DNA from: Camelus ferus
Lineage: Eukaryota
Direction of reading: 5' to 3'
Length of the DNA: 64,000 nucleotides
NCBI RefSeq assembly: GCF_009834535.1
Contig: NC_045697.1
Location: 86,678,001 to 86,742,000, forward strand
Shown here: piece after piece, positions 39,500 to 50,921 of the stretch
Layout: each line of letters begins with the position of its first letter
Numbering within the stretch: position 1 is the stretch's first letter
Position numbers and translations under genes: made by a program
The notes under the pieces: model-generated
What the model was told of the DNA's origin: nothing
The model's input: only the letters and a program-made list of their open reading frames with translations
Databases searched by the model: none

Positions 39500-39964
39500 G
39501 ACTGCTATCTACCTACCCAGTACCGATTCCGCAATCTTCCTTAATAACAGAATGCAAACTGTTAGCTGAGCACATTACCTCCTGCAATGAAAGACCACAT
39601 TTCTCAGCTTACCATATAGCTGTTGGCCCATGACCAAGTTCTGGCCAATTATGTGATGTCAGAAGTGTTGTATGGGACTTCTAGGACAGAGCATGCCCTC
39701 TTTCTTTCCTAGTGCTTGGAATGCAGAGGCAGTGGCTGACTCTAGCAGGCATGCTGGCCATGGGGTGGCCTTGAGGAAGTCACATGCAATGGGCCAAACA
39801 GTAGAAGGCACAAATTTCTATAGACTTCATGAGGCTCTTCTATACCAGTTCTGAGCATTCTGGACACTAGATTTTCTTTCACTGGAGAGAATAAACCCTT
39901 GTGTGTATAAGCCACTTTAGTTGGATCTTTGTTGCTTTCAACTGAACATAATGTAACTAATACA
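39500..39964 (+). mobile_element. MLT1 LTR nested in L2
   Basis: tgaccaagttctggccaat...aataaaccctt...aagccact...actaataca. Confidence 0.7.
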
Positions 39965-40216
39965 AACTCAAGGTGAAACAAAGAAGAGCTAAAGAAAAAG
40001 ACAAGGCAAAATCAGAGAGGTAGTAGGAGGATTAGGACAGGGTATATTAGGGAACCAGTGGGGAAGAAAAATGGAAGATTATCAGTGGTATCAAATACTG
40101 AAGAGGGGAACTATATTTCTTTGTAAGCAGATTAAATTTGTGGTGAGGAAGTAAATCTATTAGTCATACTTGATTATGCATCATTTATTTAGTGTTGCAA
40201 AACACCTAAGGCTTAC

Positions 40217-40281
40217 AATCTTCTGTTATTCTAAAAGCCTTTATAACACATCTCTTCTTTTTCAGCTGAGGCTAATCTGAG
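40217..40281 (-). pseudogene. 65-nt exon, phase 0->2
   Basis: gttttgtag|...|gtaagc; LRLASAEKEEMCYKGF*NNRR. Confidence 0.5.
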
Positions 40282-40384
40282 CTACAAAACTTCATAAATT
40301 GTATTTCATGTTTCATTTTGACAATAATGACCATGTTATAGAATGGATAATAGCGAAGAGGTGACAAAAAAATCTCTGTGTGTA

Positions 40385-42020
40385 TGTATTTTGGATTTTA
40401 ACTCTATAAGAGTTATAACATTTGAAAATATTTCCTCCCATTCAGTAGGTTGTCTTTTCATTTTTCCAGTGGTTTCCTTTGCTGTGCAAAAGCTTTTAAG
40501 TTTAATTAGGTCCCATTTGTTCTTTTTTTTTTTTTCTTTGCCTTAGGAGACAGATCCAAAAAAATTGCTGTGATTTATGACAAAGAATATTCTGCCTGTG
40601 TTTTCTTCTAGGAGTTTTGTAGTTTTCAGTCTTACAGTTAGGTATTTAATCTATTTGAGGGTTTTTTTTTGTTGTTGTTCTAAGTTTGTTCTTTTACATG
40701 TAGCTGTCCAGTTTTCCCAGCACAGTTTATTGAAGAGACTATCTTTCCTCCATTGTATATTCTTGTCTCCTCTGTCATACATTCATTGACCATAAGTGCA
40801 TGGGTTTATTTCTGGGCTCTCTGTTCTCTTCCATTGACCTACATGTCTGTTTTGATTACTCTAGCTTCATAATGTAGTCTGTTCCATTGACCTACATACT
40901 GTTTTGATTACTCTAGCTTCGTAGTGTAGTCTGAAGCCAGGGAGCATGATACTTCCAGCTTTGTTCTTTTTTCTCAAGATTACTTTGGGTATTTGAAGTA
41001 TTCTGTTGTTCCATGTAAATTTCAGGATTATTTGGTCTAGTCCTGTGAAAAATTGCATAGGTATTTTGATTGGGATGGCATTGTATCTGTAGTTTGCTTT
41101 GAGACAGTTCATACAACTCAATATCAAAAAAAAAATTTTTTTTTAATGGGCAGAAGACCTGAATAGACATTATTCCAAAGAAGATATACAGATGGCCAAT
41201 AGGCACATGAAAAGATGCTCAACATCACTAATCATCAGAGAAATGCAAATCAAAACCAAAATAAGTTATCACCTCACATCTGTCAGAGTGGCTATCATAA
41301 AAAAAAACACAAATAACAAATGTTGATACAGATGTGGAGAAAAGGGAATCCTTGTACACTCTTGGTGGAATGTAAATTGGTGCAGCCACTTTGAAAACAG
41401 TATGGTGGTTTCTCAAAAAACTAAAAATAGAATCACCACATGATCCAGCAATGTCACTTTTAGGTGTAAATCCAGAGAAAAGGAAAAAACTAATTTGGAA
41501 AGATATATGCACCCCAAGAATTATTTACAGTTGCCAAGATATGGAAGCAACCTGAATGTCCATCAACAGATGAATGGATGAAGATGTGGTATATATATAC
41601 AATGGAGTATTACCAGCCATAAAAAAGAATGAAATTTTGCCATTTGAAACAGCATAGGTGGACCTGGAGCATATTATGCTTAGTGAAATAAATCAGACAG
41701 AAAGACAAATACTGTATGTTATCACTTAAATGTGGAATCTAAAGAATGAAACAAATGAATTAATATAACAAAACAGAAAAAAACTTTCAGAGAACAAACT
41801 AGTGGTTACCAGTGGGGAGAAAGAAGGGGGGAAGGGGCAAGATAGGGGTAGAGGATTAAGAGGTACAAACTAGCATGTATAAAGTCAATAAGCTACAAGG
41901 ATACACTGTACAGCACAATATTTTATAATAAGTTTAAATAGAATATAATATATAAAATATTGAATCACTGTGTTATACACCTGAAACTAATACAATGTTT
42001 TAAATCAAGTATGCTTCAAT
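40385..42020 (+). mobile_element. L1 with inverted 5' part
   Basis: Antisense ORF2 at 40385-41100, then sense ORF2 end and 3'UTR at 41104-42020. Degenerate TSD aaaaaatctctgtgtg / aaaaaatcttcatgtgtg. Confidence 0.9.
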
Positions 42021-43009
42021 AAAAAATCTTCATGTGTGCAAAACAGAATTTGTAGTCTCCAAAAAAATTAATGGTAGTGATTTCTGATGGATTCAAAATG
42101 TTACAATAGTTCTGGATTTTTTGTTTGTTTCATTTTCAGTGTCTTTGTTCCGAGACAGGAAATTTTTATCCATCTTATTGATAATGTTCATCTCATAAAA
42201 TGAGGATACTGACTAGACCAGAATTTTATTAAAAGAGAGTTTGTAATCACTGGAAATTCAAACTTGGGTAAAAATTTCATGCAAAGAAATAAAGTTTAAA
42301 AGATTTTCCAAATCAGCAAGAATGCTCCACAAAAGCATAATTTCATATTATTATTTGCCTTCTTCTTTTCTTTGAAATACAGCTGACTTACAATATTATA
42401 TTAGTTTCAGGAATACAACCTAGTAATTCAGTATCTCTATATATTATCCATACACAAAGTTATTACAGGACTGTTGGCTGTGTTTCCTATACTATATATT
42501 ATATTCCTGCGACTTATTTATTTTATAACTGGTAGTTTATGCCTATTAATCTCCTTCACCTATTTTGCCCATCTGGCTTACTTATTATATTAACTTGGTG
42601 TTACCTATATTTTAACTCCATTATACTAGTAATGACCTGCTTCTAAAAATATGTTAAACATAATTAATCAGAGTATACAAAGAATAGGCTATTATAGTTA
42701 ACTGAATTTTCTGGACAATCTAGGATTAAATAAAAGATTTTTGGTTTTAATTACCACTTTGAGAGGGTTGTTTTACATGTATATGTTTTCCAGTCTTTGT
42801 AATTAGGGTAAAATATACTGCAATTGTAATTGCATATTTTGATGCTTAATTTTCAGTACCTTGTTTGGAACTATAGCTCTAGAAAGACTGTGGATCATAT
42901 CCTGGGATGCAACACTTTATTTCATGGATAAGGAACTGAGAATCTGAAAAGTCAAAGGCATGTGCACATGCATGCATCTGTATGTGCATTCATAATAGGA
43001 CAGACTTAC

Positions 43010-43765
43010 TCAAGGATCAAACTAAACCACTGGTATCTTTCACAAGATCTCAAGGAGAGTTCAAACCTCCAAAACACAAGGACTTTAGTTTTTAACAAAT
43101 GTGATTATCACGAATTTTTCCCTACCCACACATACTAAGTAGAGTCATACTCATTCTCTTTTACATAATATAGTGAAAATTACCCATAGATAATTGTAAA
43201 ACTGGATGTTATAACCCGTAGTATTTTGAAGTCTCTAAAGAACCTTCCAAGCAGACAGAAAGGGGAAAGTGACTGAGTGAGGCAAAGTCAAGAGTTTTTT
43301 TTAATGGCCAGAGTACCGGAAAGAGAGAGGGCATCCCCATGGTAATCATATTGGTGCCCTCAAAGCCGAAGCTTAGCCTATGCATTTGGCAGGGAGGCTT
43401 CTCTGGCATGGTTACACTCAGCTTTGTGGCAGGTTTCTGGACCAGCTCTGTTTTAGTTAAAGAGCATTATCAGTGGATTGCTCTATTTTACTCTGATTAC
43501 CAATTAGTGAAATGTTAGGTCTGTAGCTTGAATTTGTTGATCTGCTGTTGTTTCTGCCCTAAACAACACAATGTTGTTGTACATTGGTTTATGTTTATGA
43601 TAAAAGTCTTACTGATTTATTTAGCAAGTGAAACAGCATTATTCTTCTCCCATCACTGGCCCTAAGCACCATAATGGCTCTCCATTCTCCACATCTGGAT
43701 AATATATGAGGCAGATTCCAATCTTTTCCAGTCATTTTGGAACATCAGAACAATCCTATTCTCAG
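43010..43765 (-). pseudogene. Cluster of four exons after the collagen exon (43765-43613, 43447-43317, 43243-43184, 43066-43010)
   Basis: Acceptors ttcttctatag, taaaacag, gcttggaag, gttttggag; donors gtaaga, gtactc, gtaatt, gtaagt. Lengths 153, 131, 60 and 57 nt. Reading frame ambiguous; includes DCSDVPK*LEKIGICLIYYPD and KLSVTMPEKPPC. Confidence 0.5.
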
Positions 43766-44054
43766 CTATAGAAGAACAGCCAATCTAATAACAAAATTTA
43801 AATCTTTCATCCAATTAAAGCTTCTCCCTTCTCCTACCTGCTAGCTTGGAATTGGCTCGTAGCTTTAAACCAGCCTTGGGGGAAGAGAGAATGCAGTACT
43901 CTGCTCTTTCGCTCTCCCTTCTCTCCCCCTGCAAACACACATCTTTGCTACCCTCAGCTCTTTCAGGGCCAGGGGGAGGGGAGACACAAGAAGTAGAGGT
44001 TGGTGCTTTAACTAATTGGTGCTTCTGACTTTGCTCTCTCACACTGAGATTCAC

Positions 44055-44533
44055 ATGCTGGCCCTTTCATGGCACACACTGGTGAATTCCACAGAGATCT
44101 TCACTTTCCCTGGTTCATGATTTAGGGCGATTCCCTCCCCTGATGACCTCTTATGATACCCCATCAGCTCCTCCCACTGGTGGGAACCCCATGCAGCCTT
44201 GTTCTGCCAGGATTCCATCACCCTAGTGGACAGCCTTTTGGGTTGGAGCCTTTTAGGACTGACTCTCACGTGCCCACTCCACCACCCGTTCACCCAGAAC
44301 TGACCCTGGGAACATTTGGCATCCTTGCCCAGCTCCGTCCTACTGCTTCCCTCTCCCTTTACCCTGCCATCTTGGGCTGCTCTGGTTTCTCCTTCAGATG
44401 TGTCCCTAAGCTCCCAAAACTCATCTACGTGCACTTTGGTGGTGGCAGCACATGGCAAGAGATGCAGGTTGGCCCTGTTCTGGCCAATAACCCTGGTCCC
44501 TAGGAGGACTTCTTTGGGGATCTGCCTCATGCA
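44055..44533 (-). pseudogene. Decayed collagen triple-helix exon
   Basis: Acceptor gtccccttag, donor AT|gtgaat. Triplets read SPP RDQ GYW PEQ GQP ASL AMC; GSL GTH .LK EKP EQP KMA G*R; GIL AEQ GCM GFP PVG GAD GVS; .EP GKV. First codons are mostly GGN or one substitution from it; several frameshifts. Confidence 0.7.
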
Positions 44534-44735
44534 CTAAGGGGACATGTAGCCCAAATCTTCCCTCACAGGGAGGGTAGGTCTCTATTGTGAACTTTGTGCA
44601 AGGACTCCTCTTCCCAGGGAATCCTTAGTTTGCTTTTATACAGTGTATTGGGGATCTGGACTAGGTCAGATACTTCCCACCGAGTCATGACTGTTTAGAA
44701 TTTAGAGGGATTACCCATTATTTTCAGATTTGTAC

Positions 44736-44824
44736 CTCAGCTGAAATTTCAAGACAATAGAAAAACTTCTATTCCACAACCTGCTACACTTGTGTTTGAA
44801 AATGTGCAGTAATTTTCATGATTT
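44736..44824 (-). pseudogene. Candidate first coding exon (ATG at 44819)
   Basis: Acceptor ttcattttatatag, donor GAG|gtacaa. ATG to exon end is 28 codons (MKITAHFQTQV*QVVE*KFFYCLEISAE), ending phase 0, which matches the collagen exon. Confidence 0.4.
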
Positions 44825-47039
44825 CTATATAAAATGAAGTTGAATTAGTTCATCATTCTAAAGTCTCCTCTATTAGTAAAATATGCTGAGATTTATCCTG
44901 AATTCCTTTCTTTGGTAGTCTAGCTTCTTGAGAAGACCAAAAATCAGGAAGTAACTTCCAAAAGGCCTCAGAACAAGTAAAAATAGTATTTAAACCCCAC
45001 CCACAACACCATCAGCACCACCACCACCACCACCACACACCACACACACACACACACAAGCTTGAGTATTTATTTAGCAAGAGATTCCCTTCGGTCTCTC
45101 CTTAGTGCCTACTTACTCTGACTTTTATATACTGCTCAGATTTAAGTCACTGAATACTACAAAGGTAGTGTTCTTTTGTTGCAGATGACAGAAACCACCT
45201 TAAAACTGCTTATCAATTAGGAATCAAGCAACCAAAAACCTAACTCAAATTACTCTTTAAAAGTAAAGGAAATGTATCATCCATATAAGTGATATATATA
45301 AAGGCTTCAGGCAAAGTTTGGTCTATGTTCTCACTAAGAACCCCATTTTTTTCTGCATAGTTTTGGCTTTATCTTAAGTCTGAATTCCCTTATAGTTGAA
45401 TGTGTTTGTCAGAAGCACCTGACACTTAAAATCTCTTTTATGGCCACTGGGCTTTTTTTTTTTTTTTTTTTTTTTTTTTGCTAACTCCTAAGAATGACAA
45501 TGGAAACTTTCTCAGACGCTCCCAGAAAAGTCTCTTGATAGCACAGTCAGGACAAACTTGGTCATGCGTTCCCCTCTGCATCAGTAACCCTATCCAGGAT
45601 CATGAGCTGTGCTGACTGCAGTCTGGGCCCACCTTGGAACTGAGATTTAGGGTCAGTTCTACTCAAAACATATGATGGGAAATTGGGGGGGCTGTTAGGA
45701 AGGGGGAAGTAAAGAAAGGATGCTGGAGAAGCAACAACAAATGTCCACGACACCAATGTAAGCAGTAAATGGGATTTATTTTCAGAATATGAAGATGTCT
45801 TATAGAGGAACCTAAGGATAGGAATGTTCTGGGCCTCAAAAAAGAGTTGAATTGGTACTGAGAAGTCCATTGTGAATCCTTGCACACTTTTTTACTGCCT
45901 CTTATTCCTCCTTCTCATCAAGCATCTACTTTACAAAGGGCTTAGAGGACAGGCCATGGATGAGTTTAGATGACAGCTTCTCAGTTCATATATTACAGTT
46001 ACAGACCCATAGAGAATAACACTCACTCTAAGCTCCAAAATCCACGTTACCTTGGAAGGACCCCCAATTAACCTGGTCAGGTGCCCACCCCTCATGCAAT
46101 CAACTGTTACCAGGTGCCAGGTCCTATTAAAGAACTTGCTTCTTCTAGGAACCTGCCCCTATGTACCAGGGAGGAGTCAAAGGGACCACAGGGAGCTTGG
46201 CAGCCACTGGAAACAGACACATCACTGCACGCAGTCTGCAATGAGAAAAAGAAAAGGAATTTACAAATCAGACACAAGAATTTGAGTACGGCAAAGCATC
46301 AGGACAGACAGTTCCACATGACACAATGGTTTGTATTCATGCTGATAATTCTGGGTCATTTAATATTACACCGGGTTCACTCTCTTCTAGTTAAATTGAA
46401 ATTTTACTCTTGTGGAATAAGGTGTGGCCGTTATTGTACCAGTTAGTATAACCCACAGCCACCCTAGTCTGTCTTTTGTGGTTTCTTTAACCTCTGTATA
46501 TTGTCGAGATGAATGGTTGAGATCCCCTTCATTATGTGTATCTGCAGTTATTTGTGACACCAATTCTGCATGACTACAATGATTCCTAACATGATTCTTT
46601 CAGCAGATATTTCCCTCTCACTAAATGGTATGCTTGCATTTTCCCATGATGTATGCAGTTTTATTTATATAATTTTGACTGAACTGATGAAAGTGGTTGT
46701 TACTTATCTTAGTTCCCAGAGATGCACTTGCCATCAAACTATTTATAGATTTCCTTTTTCCCAAGTTTTGGTCACAAAAGTCAATATATCTACTGAATGA
46801 CTTCTCTGTGCTGAAGTCTGATTCACCTGAGAAGTAATGCCATGTCTGTGCTGAAGGACCCTCAAGCACACAGTCCTGAAATAAAGAAACAGAGATTTAT
46901 CACCGGGGAAATGAAAATAAATTGTCCTTATCTATCAGTGTGGCAGGAATGCTGAGAAGCTGGGCCCAGGACCACCTCCCTGGAGCCTTTGTCCTGCCTT
47001 TCCTTAACTTGTTCTAGGTTCATAGAGCCTTCTGGAGAG

Positions 47040-47280
47040 GGGACAGCAGCATGGTTAAGAATGCAGACTCTGGAGTAGGAAGCATGGTAGCAATTAAGAA
47101 CATGGGCCAGATTAAAACCCCACTTGTTTCTCTAGGAAACTCTGGGAAAATTACTTACCTTTCTTTACTCAATTTCCTCTTTTACATAAGGGTAATAATA
47201 ATAATAATACCTACCTCCCTCCTAGGGTGGTTATATAAATCCAAGTTAAGCGCTTACTATAGTGCCCATATTCAGTACAC
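47040..47280 (+). mobile_element. MIR SINE
   Basis: agcatggttaagaatgcagactctggag...aataatacctacctc. Confidence 0.75.
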
Positions 47281-47339
47281 TCCCCTCTGTAAATTTCCCT
47301 TCCTTTCATAGTCCTCCCTAACCTGCTTTCTTTTAGAAA

Positions 47340-47735
47340 AAGGAAACAGTTTTATTGTTCAATAAGCATTAAACCTGAATTTGATGCACATCACAGGCAA
47401 CCTGCTAAAAGATTGCAAAGACAGAAAGAAATCTCACCGCCTTATATAGCCACGCAGATACAACCAATTACATACATGTTTTCAAGATAAACAACAACTG
47501 GTCCTCATGTAAGATGCTCCTATAGCGCCATTTGTCACAGTTTATCCTCACTTTACCTTGTACTTAGGGTGACCATCTGTGTTAACTAATTGACTTTATC
47601 TGGAGAAAAAAAAAAACTTCTCATCTCTTTATGACAGGGGGCAGTTTTGTACCTTGGAGCAAAGCACTTATCTAAGGGAGGTTCCTATCCTTCTACAGAG
47701 ACTGAGAGACAGGAGCATTATCTCCCTTGATCTTA
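47340..47735 (-). mobile_element. ERV LTR-like fragment
   Basis: Antisense poly(A)-signal and TATA-like layout (ttttatt at ~47350, cttatatagc at ~47441); family not identified. Confidence 0.4.
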
Positions 47736-49397
47736 ACCTGTTTTCTTCGCTCTGCTCTAGATTACCTAGCAGTTGATCCTTTCTTTTCAGTCTTTTGTTT
47801 TAGAAAGTTCAACTTTTTAAAAAAATTGAGATATAATTGACATTATATTAGTTTCAGGTGTACAACATAATGATTTCGGTATTTGTATGTATTGCAAAAT
47901 GATCACCACAGTAAGTTTGATTCTTCTCAGTCTTAATACATCTTTGTCTACCAATGTAAGGTACCTGGAAAATCTCCCCATGCTTGACTATCGAATCTTC
48001 CTTGCACTCTTTGGGAAACCACCTATCTTAGGGAGATCCTAAGTCTCATGATCCATTCAGGGTCATTTCTAAGGAGCAGAAGCCAAGTTCATTAGTGACA
48101 GTTGATGCTTTCTTCTGACCTACAGCTGAAACTGCAGGCATATCCTTTCTCTCTGTTTTCTAGAAAATACCTAGTAATCCTCTGGTGTTAATTAAGAGTT
48201 AAATAGTAGTGACAGTTTGAATTAATGACTGAGCAGTGACTATGTGTATCATAATACTCACCCTCCTTTGGCAGTACCTTTATTTATAGTGACAAACTCT
48301 TATAATTAAAGCAGAACAAATATTACATCCCATTATAAAAACAGACACTTAGAGATAATGGAGTAAAGCCACTGCCCCTGAGGCCGGACCTGGGAGCCAC
48401 CATGCTCCACACAGCAGCTGGAGCCTGTCAGAACTGGCTTGGGGGTCTGACTCACACTAACCAAACTCACAGTACATAGACCAAATACCTAGTAGCCTTT
48501 ATAATAAAGAGGAAAGTCACTAAGCAGACTGGATATTTGTAAGTATGTAATTCTTAGCTTCCTTTCAAGTTCGGAGACCCCACTCCACCCCCTTACTCTG
48601 CAGGGCTCTCACAGCACTGTCCGAAGGGGTTTAGTTCTAAGAAACACCACATCATCATAACTTTGTTGTTTGTACCCAAAGGAGGCCCTAGTCAAATGTA
48701 ATGACCTCTGGGTCTGTATTTTGATATACATATCACATCACCGTGTATTAAGTGGCATCTTAAAGAGGACTTTGATGGAATTTAAGACAACCAGTTTATA
48801 AAATCATTGATATGAATACAGATTTACAATGTGCATCTTGTTGGTGATGCGATATCATGTGCACACGAACACTGTGTGGAGAGAAGCGAAGCAGTTCTCT
48901 GTTTATTGATTCTTGGAAAAGGATTTATATAGGACATGCACGATGCCTCACATATCATCTAAGTTATGACAATGTTAATAGTTTTAATCTGTTTAGGTCC
49001 CCAAGTTCCTGTAGTAAGCACAGGATGTTACATGATCAACAGATTGTTTCAAAGTTCTCACGAAACTTCATTAAGTAGGCCATCTCTTATCCAGGCGGCT
49101 GTGCCTGTCTTAGGTTGTCCTCCTCTGAGGATCTTACCCGTCATTGGCTATCCAATCGTCCATACTGGATACATGACATTCCTCACAGCTTGTTTATCCG
49201 TCCAGCCTATGGCTTTTTCTCTAGAGCCTTCAGGCGGGGGCCTACACATCTCACCAGAATGTGAGTTTTAAAGTGGAGAGGGGAAAAAAATCATGGAGAA
49301 ATACAAGTTTCTGAAGCACAATGTATGGAATGATCTTATGACTAGAACTTCTTAGCCTAGAGCTGCAAAGCCTGTTGGATTCATAGTTTCTTTAACT

Positions 49398-49416
49398 GCA
49401 CTGCCCCCTTGTGGTA
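49398..49416 (-). promoter_or_regulatory. Candidate CTCF site
   Basis: Minus strand ccacaagggggcagtgc resembles the CTCF core. Confidence 0.4.
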
Positions 49417-50869
49417 AAATGGCTTAGTCTGTTGGCGGAAGGAGGCAGGTTGGACGTGAAGGAGACAGTTGAGAGGCTGGAACAAGGCAAGGGCAACAGG
49501 CCAGATAAGAAATAAAATAGGAAAAAACATTTCCTGGAAGAGTGGTCAGGAGATTCTGCCATTGAGAGTGTTGGGGAGAGCTCCTGGCGCTTGAGGAGAT
49601 GCTTTTCCTGCCTATCTCTGATGGCCAGCTCTCCTGAATTCCTTAGGACAGATAGGGTTTCGCTCGGTTTTGTTTTGCTTTGCTTTGGAGCCCTGTGTAG
49701 GGTGGGTGTTGTGATACTGAGTCAAGTTGCTCATCCATCGCTGTCCCCTGCCCTCCCTATCATCCTGGAGAAATGAAGCCTAGGAAATTGAGTGACACCC
49801 GTCCACAAGCATATGCTCAGCAGAGCAGTTGGCAGACTAGCTCAGTGGCCCAGAGGAAGGCCCTCTGCAGGGCATTTTACCCTTTTTAACTACCTTGGAG
49901 GCTCACAGCCAAAGGAAGTGCTTGGTGCTTATTTATAATTTATGCCCAATCTAATTCCAGTGAGGTGAGGAGGCCTGCGATGAATATGACATTTAGAGAG
50001 ACGTTTGAAAAATAAAGAGGAGGACTAGAAGCAATGTTGAGGAAGGGGCAGAAAGTTCAGGGACTGGGGTACCAGGTTACTGCCACAACCAAGCATCACA
50101 TTTAGTTCTAAACTTCCTTATAGCTAAGGAAAAACAGGAAATACAGAGAATTATATGGTTTGCATTGCCTAGAAGGAGAAAATATAACCCTCCTTCAGAG
50201 ATATATAGTTTCTGTGATGGGACGGAGCTGTTAGCTAAGGCTATGGTGGTAATCATTTTGCAATTATAAACATACCAAATCAATATGCTGTACACCTTAA
50301 ACCTACACAATGTTATATGTTAATTATATTTCAATAAAGCTGGACAAAAATTTTTTAATGATTTTAAAGAGAAAGAAAGAAAGAGAGAGAGACAGTTATT
50401 TCCTGGCATTATATTCCAAGAGGAATTTATCCAAGTAATTCAAAGCCCATAAATAAACACTGAATTGATAGGCATCCACATGCATAGTTGATTCTCTTCT
50501 GGAAGCTTGAAGACCTGTCACTAAACCTGTTGGGTACTAGACATGAAGAGTATTTCCCATTTATCAGTGGTTCCCAACCTCTGGTGGGACCTCTAGTGGG
50601 CCACACAGTTATTGCAAAATATCTGTGAATCTGGATTATAGATGCATAATTTCAGGAGTGAAAAAATAATGTTTTGTGCAAACTTACCAACATTTTTTAT
50701 AAATGTGAGGATAACCAGAACTAGCAAAATATAAATTTATGTTTTAAAATTTGATATTACAGGTAGGTCCTTGTGCTTGAAAAGGTTGTGACCCATCACT
50801 GGTGCAGACTATCTAGGTGGTGTTACTGTTCTGAGCAGAGGACAGACTCCCTCCCACCTCAGCCCCCCT

Positions 50870-50921
50870 ACACACCCTACACACACGCACACACACACGC
50901 ACACGCACACACACACACACG
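50870..50921. repeat. Imperfect (CA)n microsatellite
   Basis: Direct observation. Confidence 0.9.

Larger units (their letters stand above)
31096..44824 (-). pseudogene. Multi-exon decayed gene: leader + collagen Gly-X-Y exon + Cys-containing region + EGF-like repeats + putative TM + linker (5' half of the exon chain)
   Basis: About 16 exons with canonical splice sites and a largely coherent phase chain. Collagen periodicity at 44055-44533 and EGF-like motifs at 34152-34580; stops and frameshifts throughout. Confidence 0.72.

Noticed and set aside
44051..44530. 159-aa minus-strand ORF (and the 116-aa plus-strand ORF) as an intact gene
   Set aside because: Mostly an off-frame reading of the frameshifted collagen exon; GC-rich sequence has few stops.
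34152..44824. Assigning the 5' half to EYS, CCBE1, a ficolin or EGFEM1
   Set aside because: Domain order and peptide sequence do not match these proteins as I recall them.
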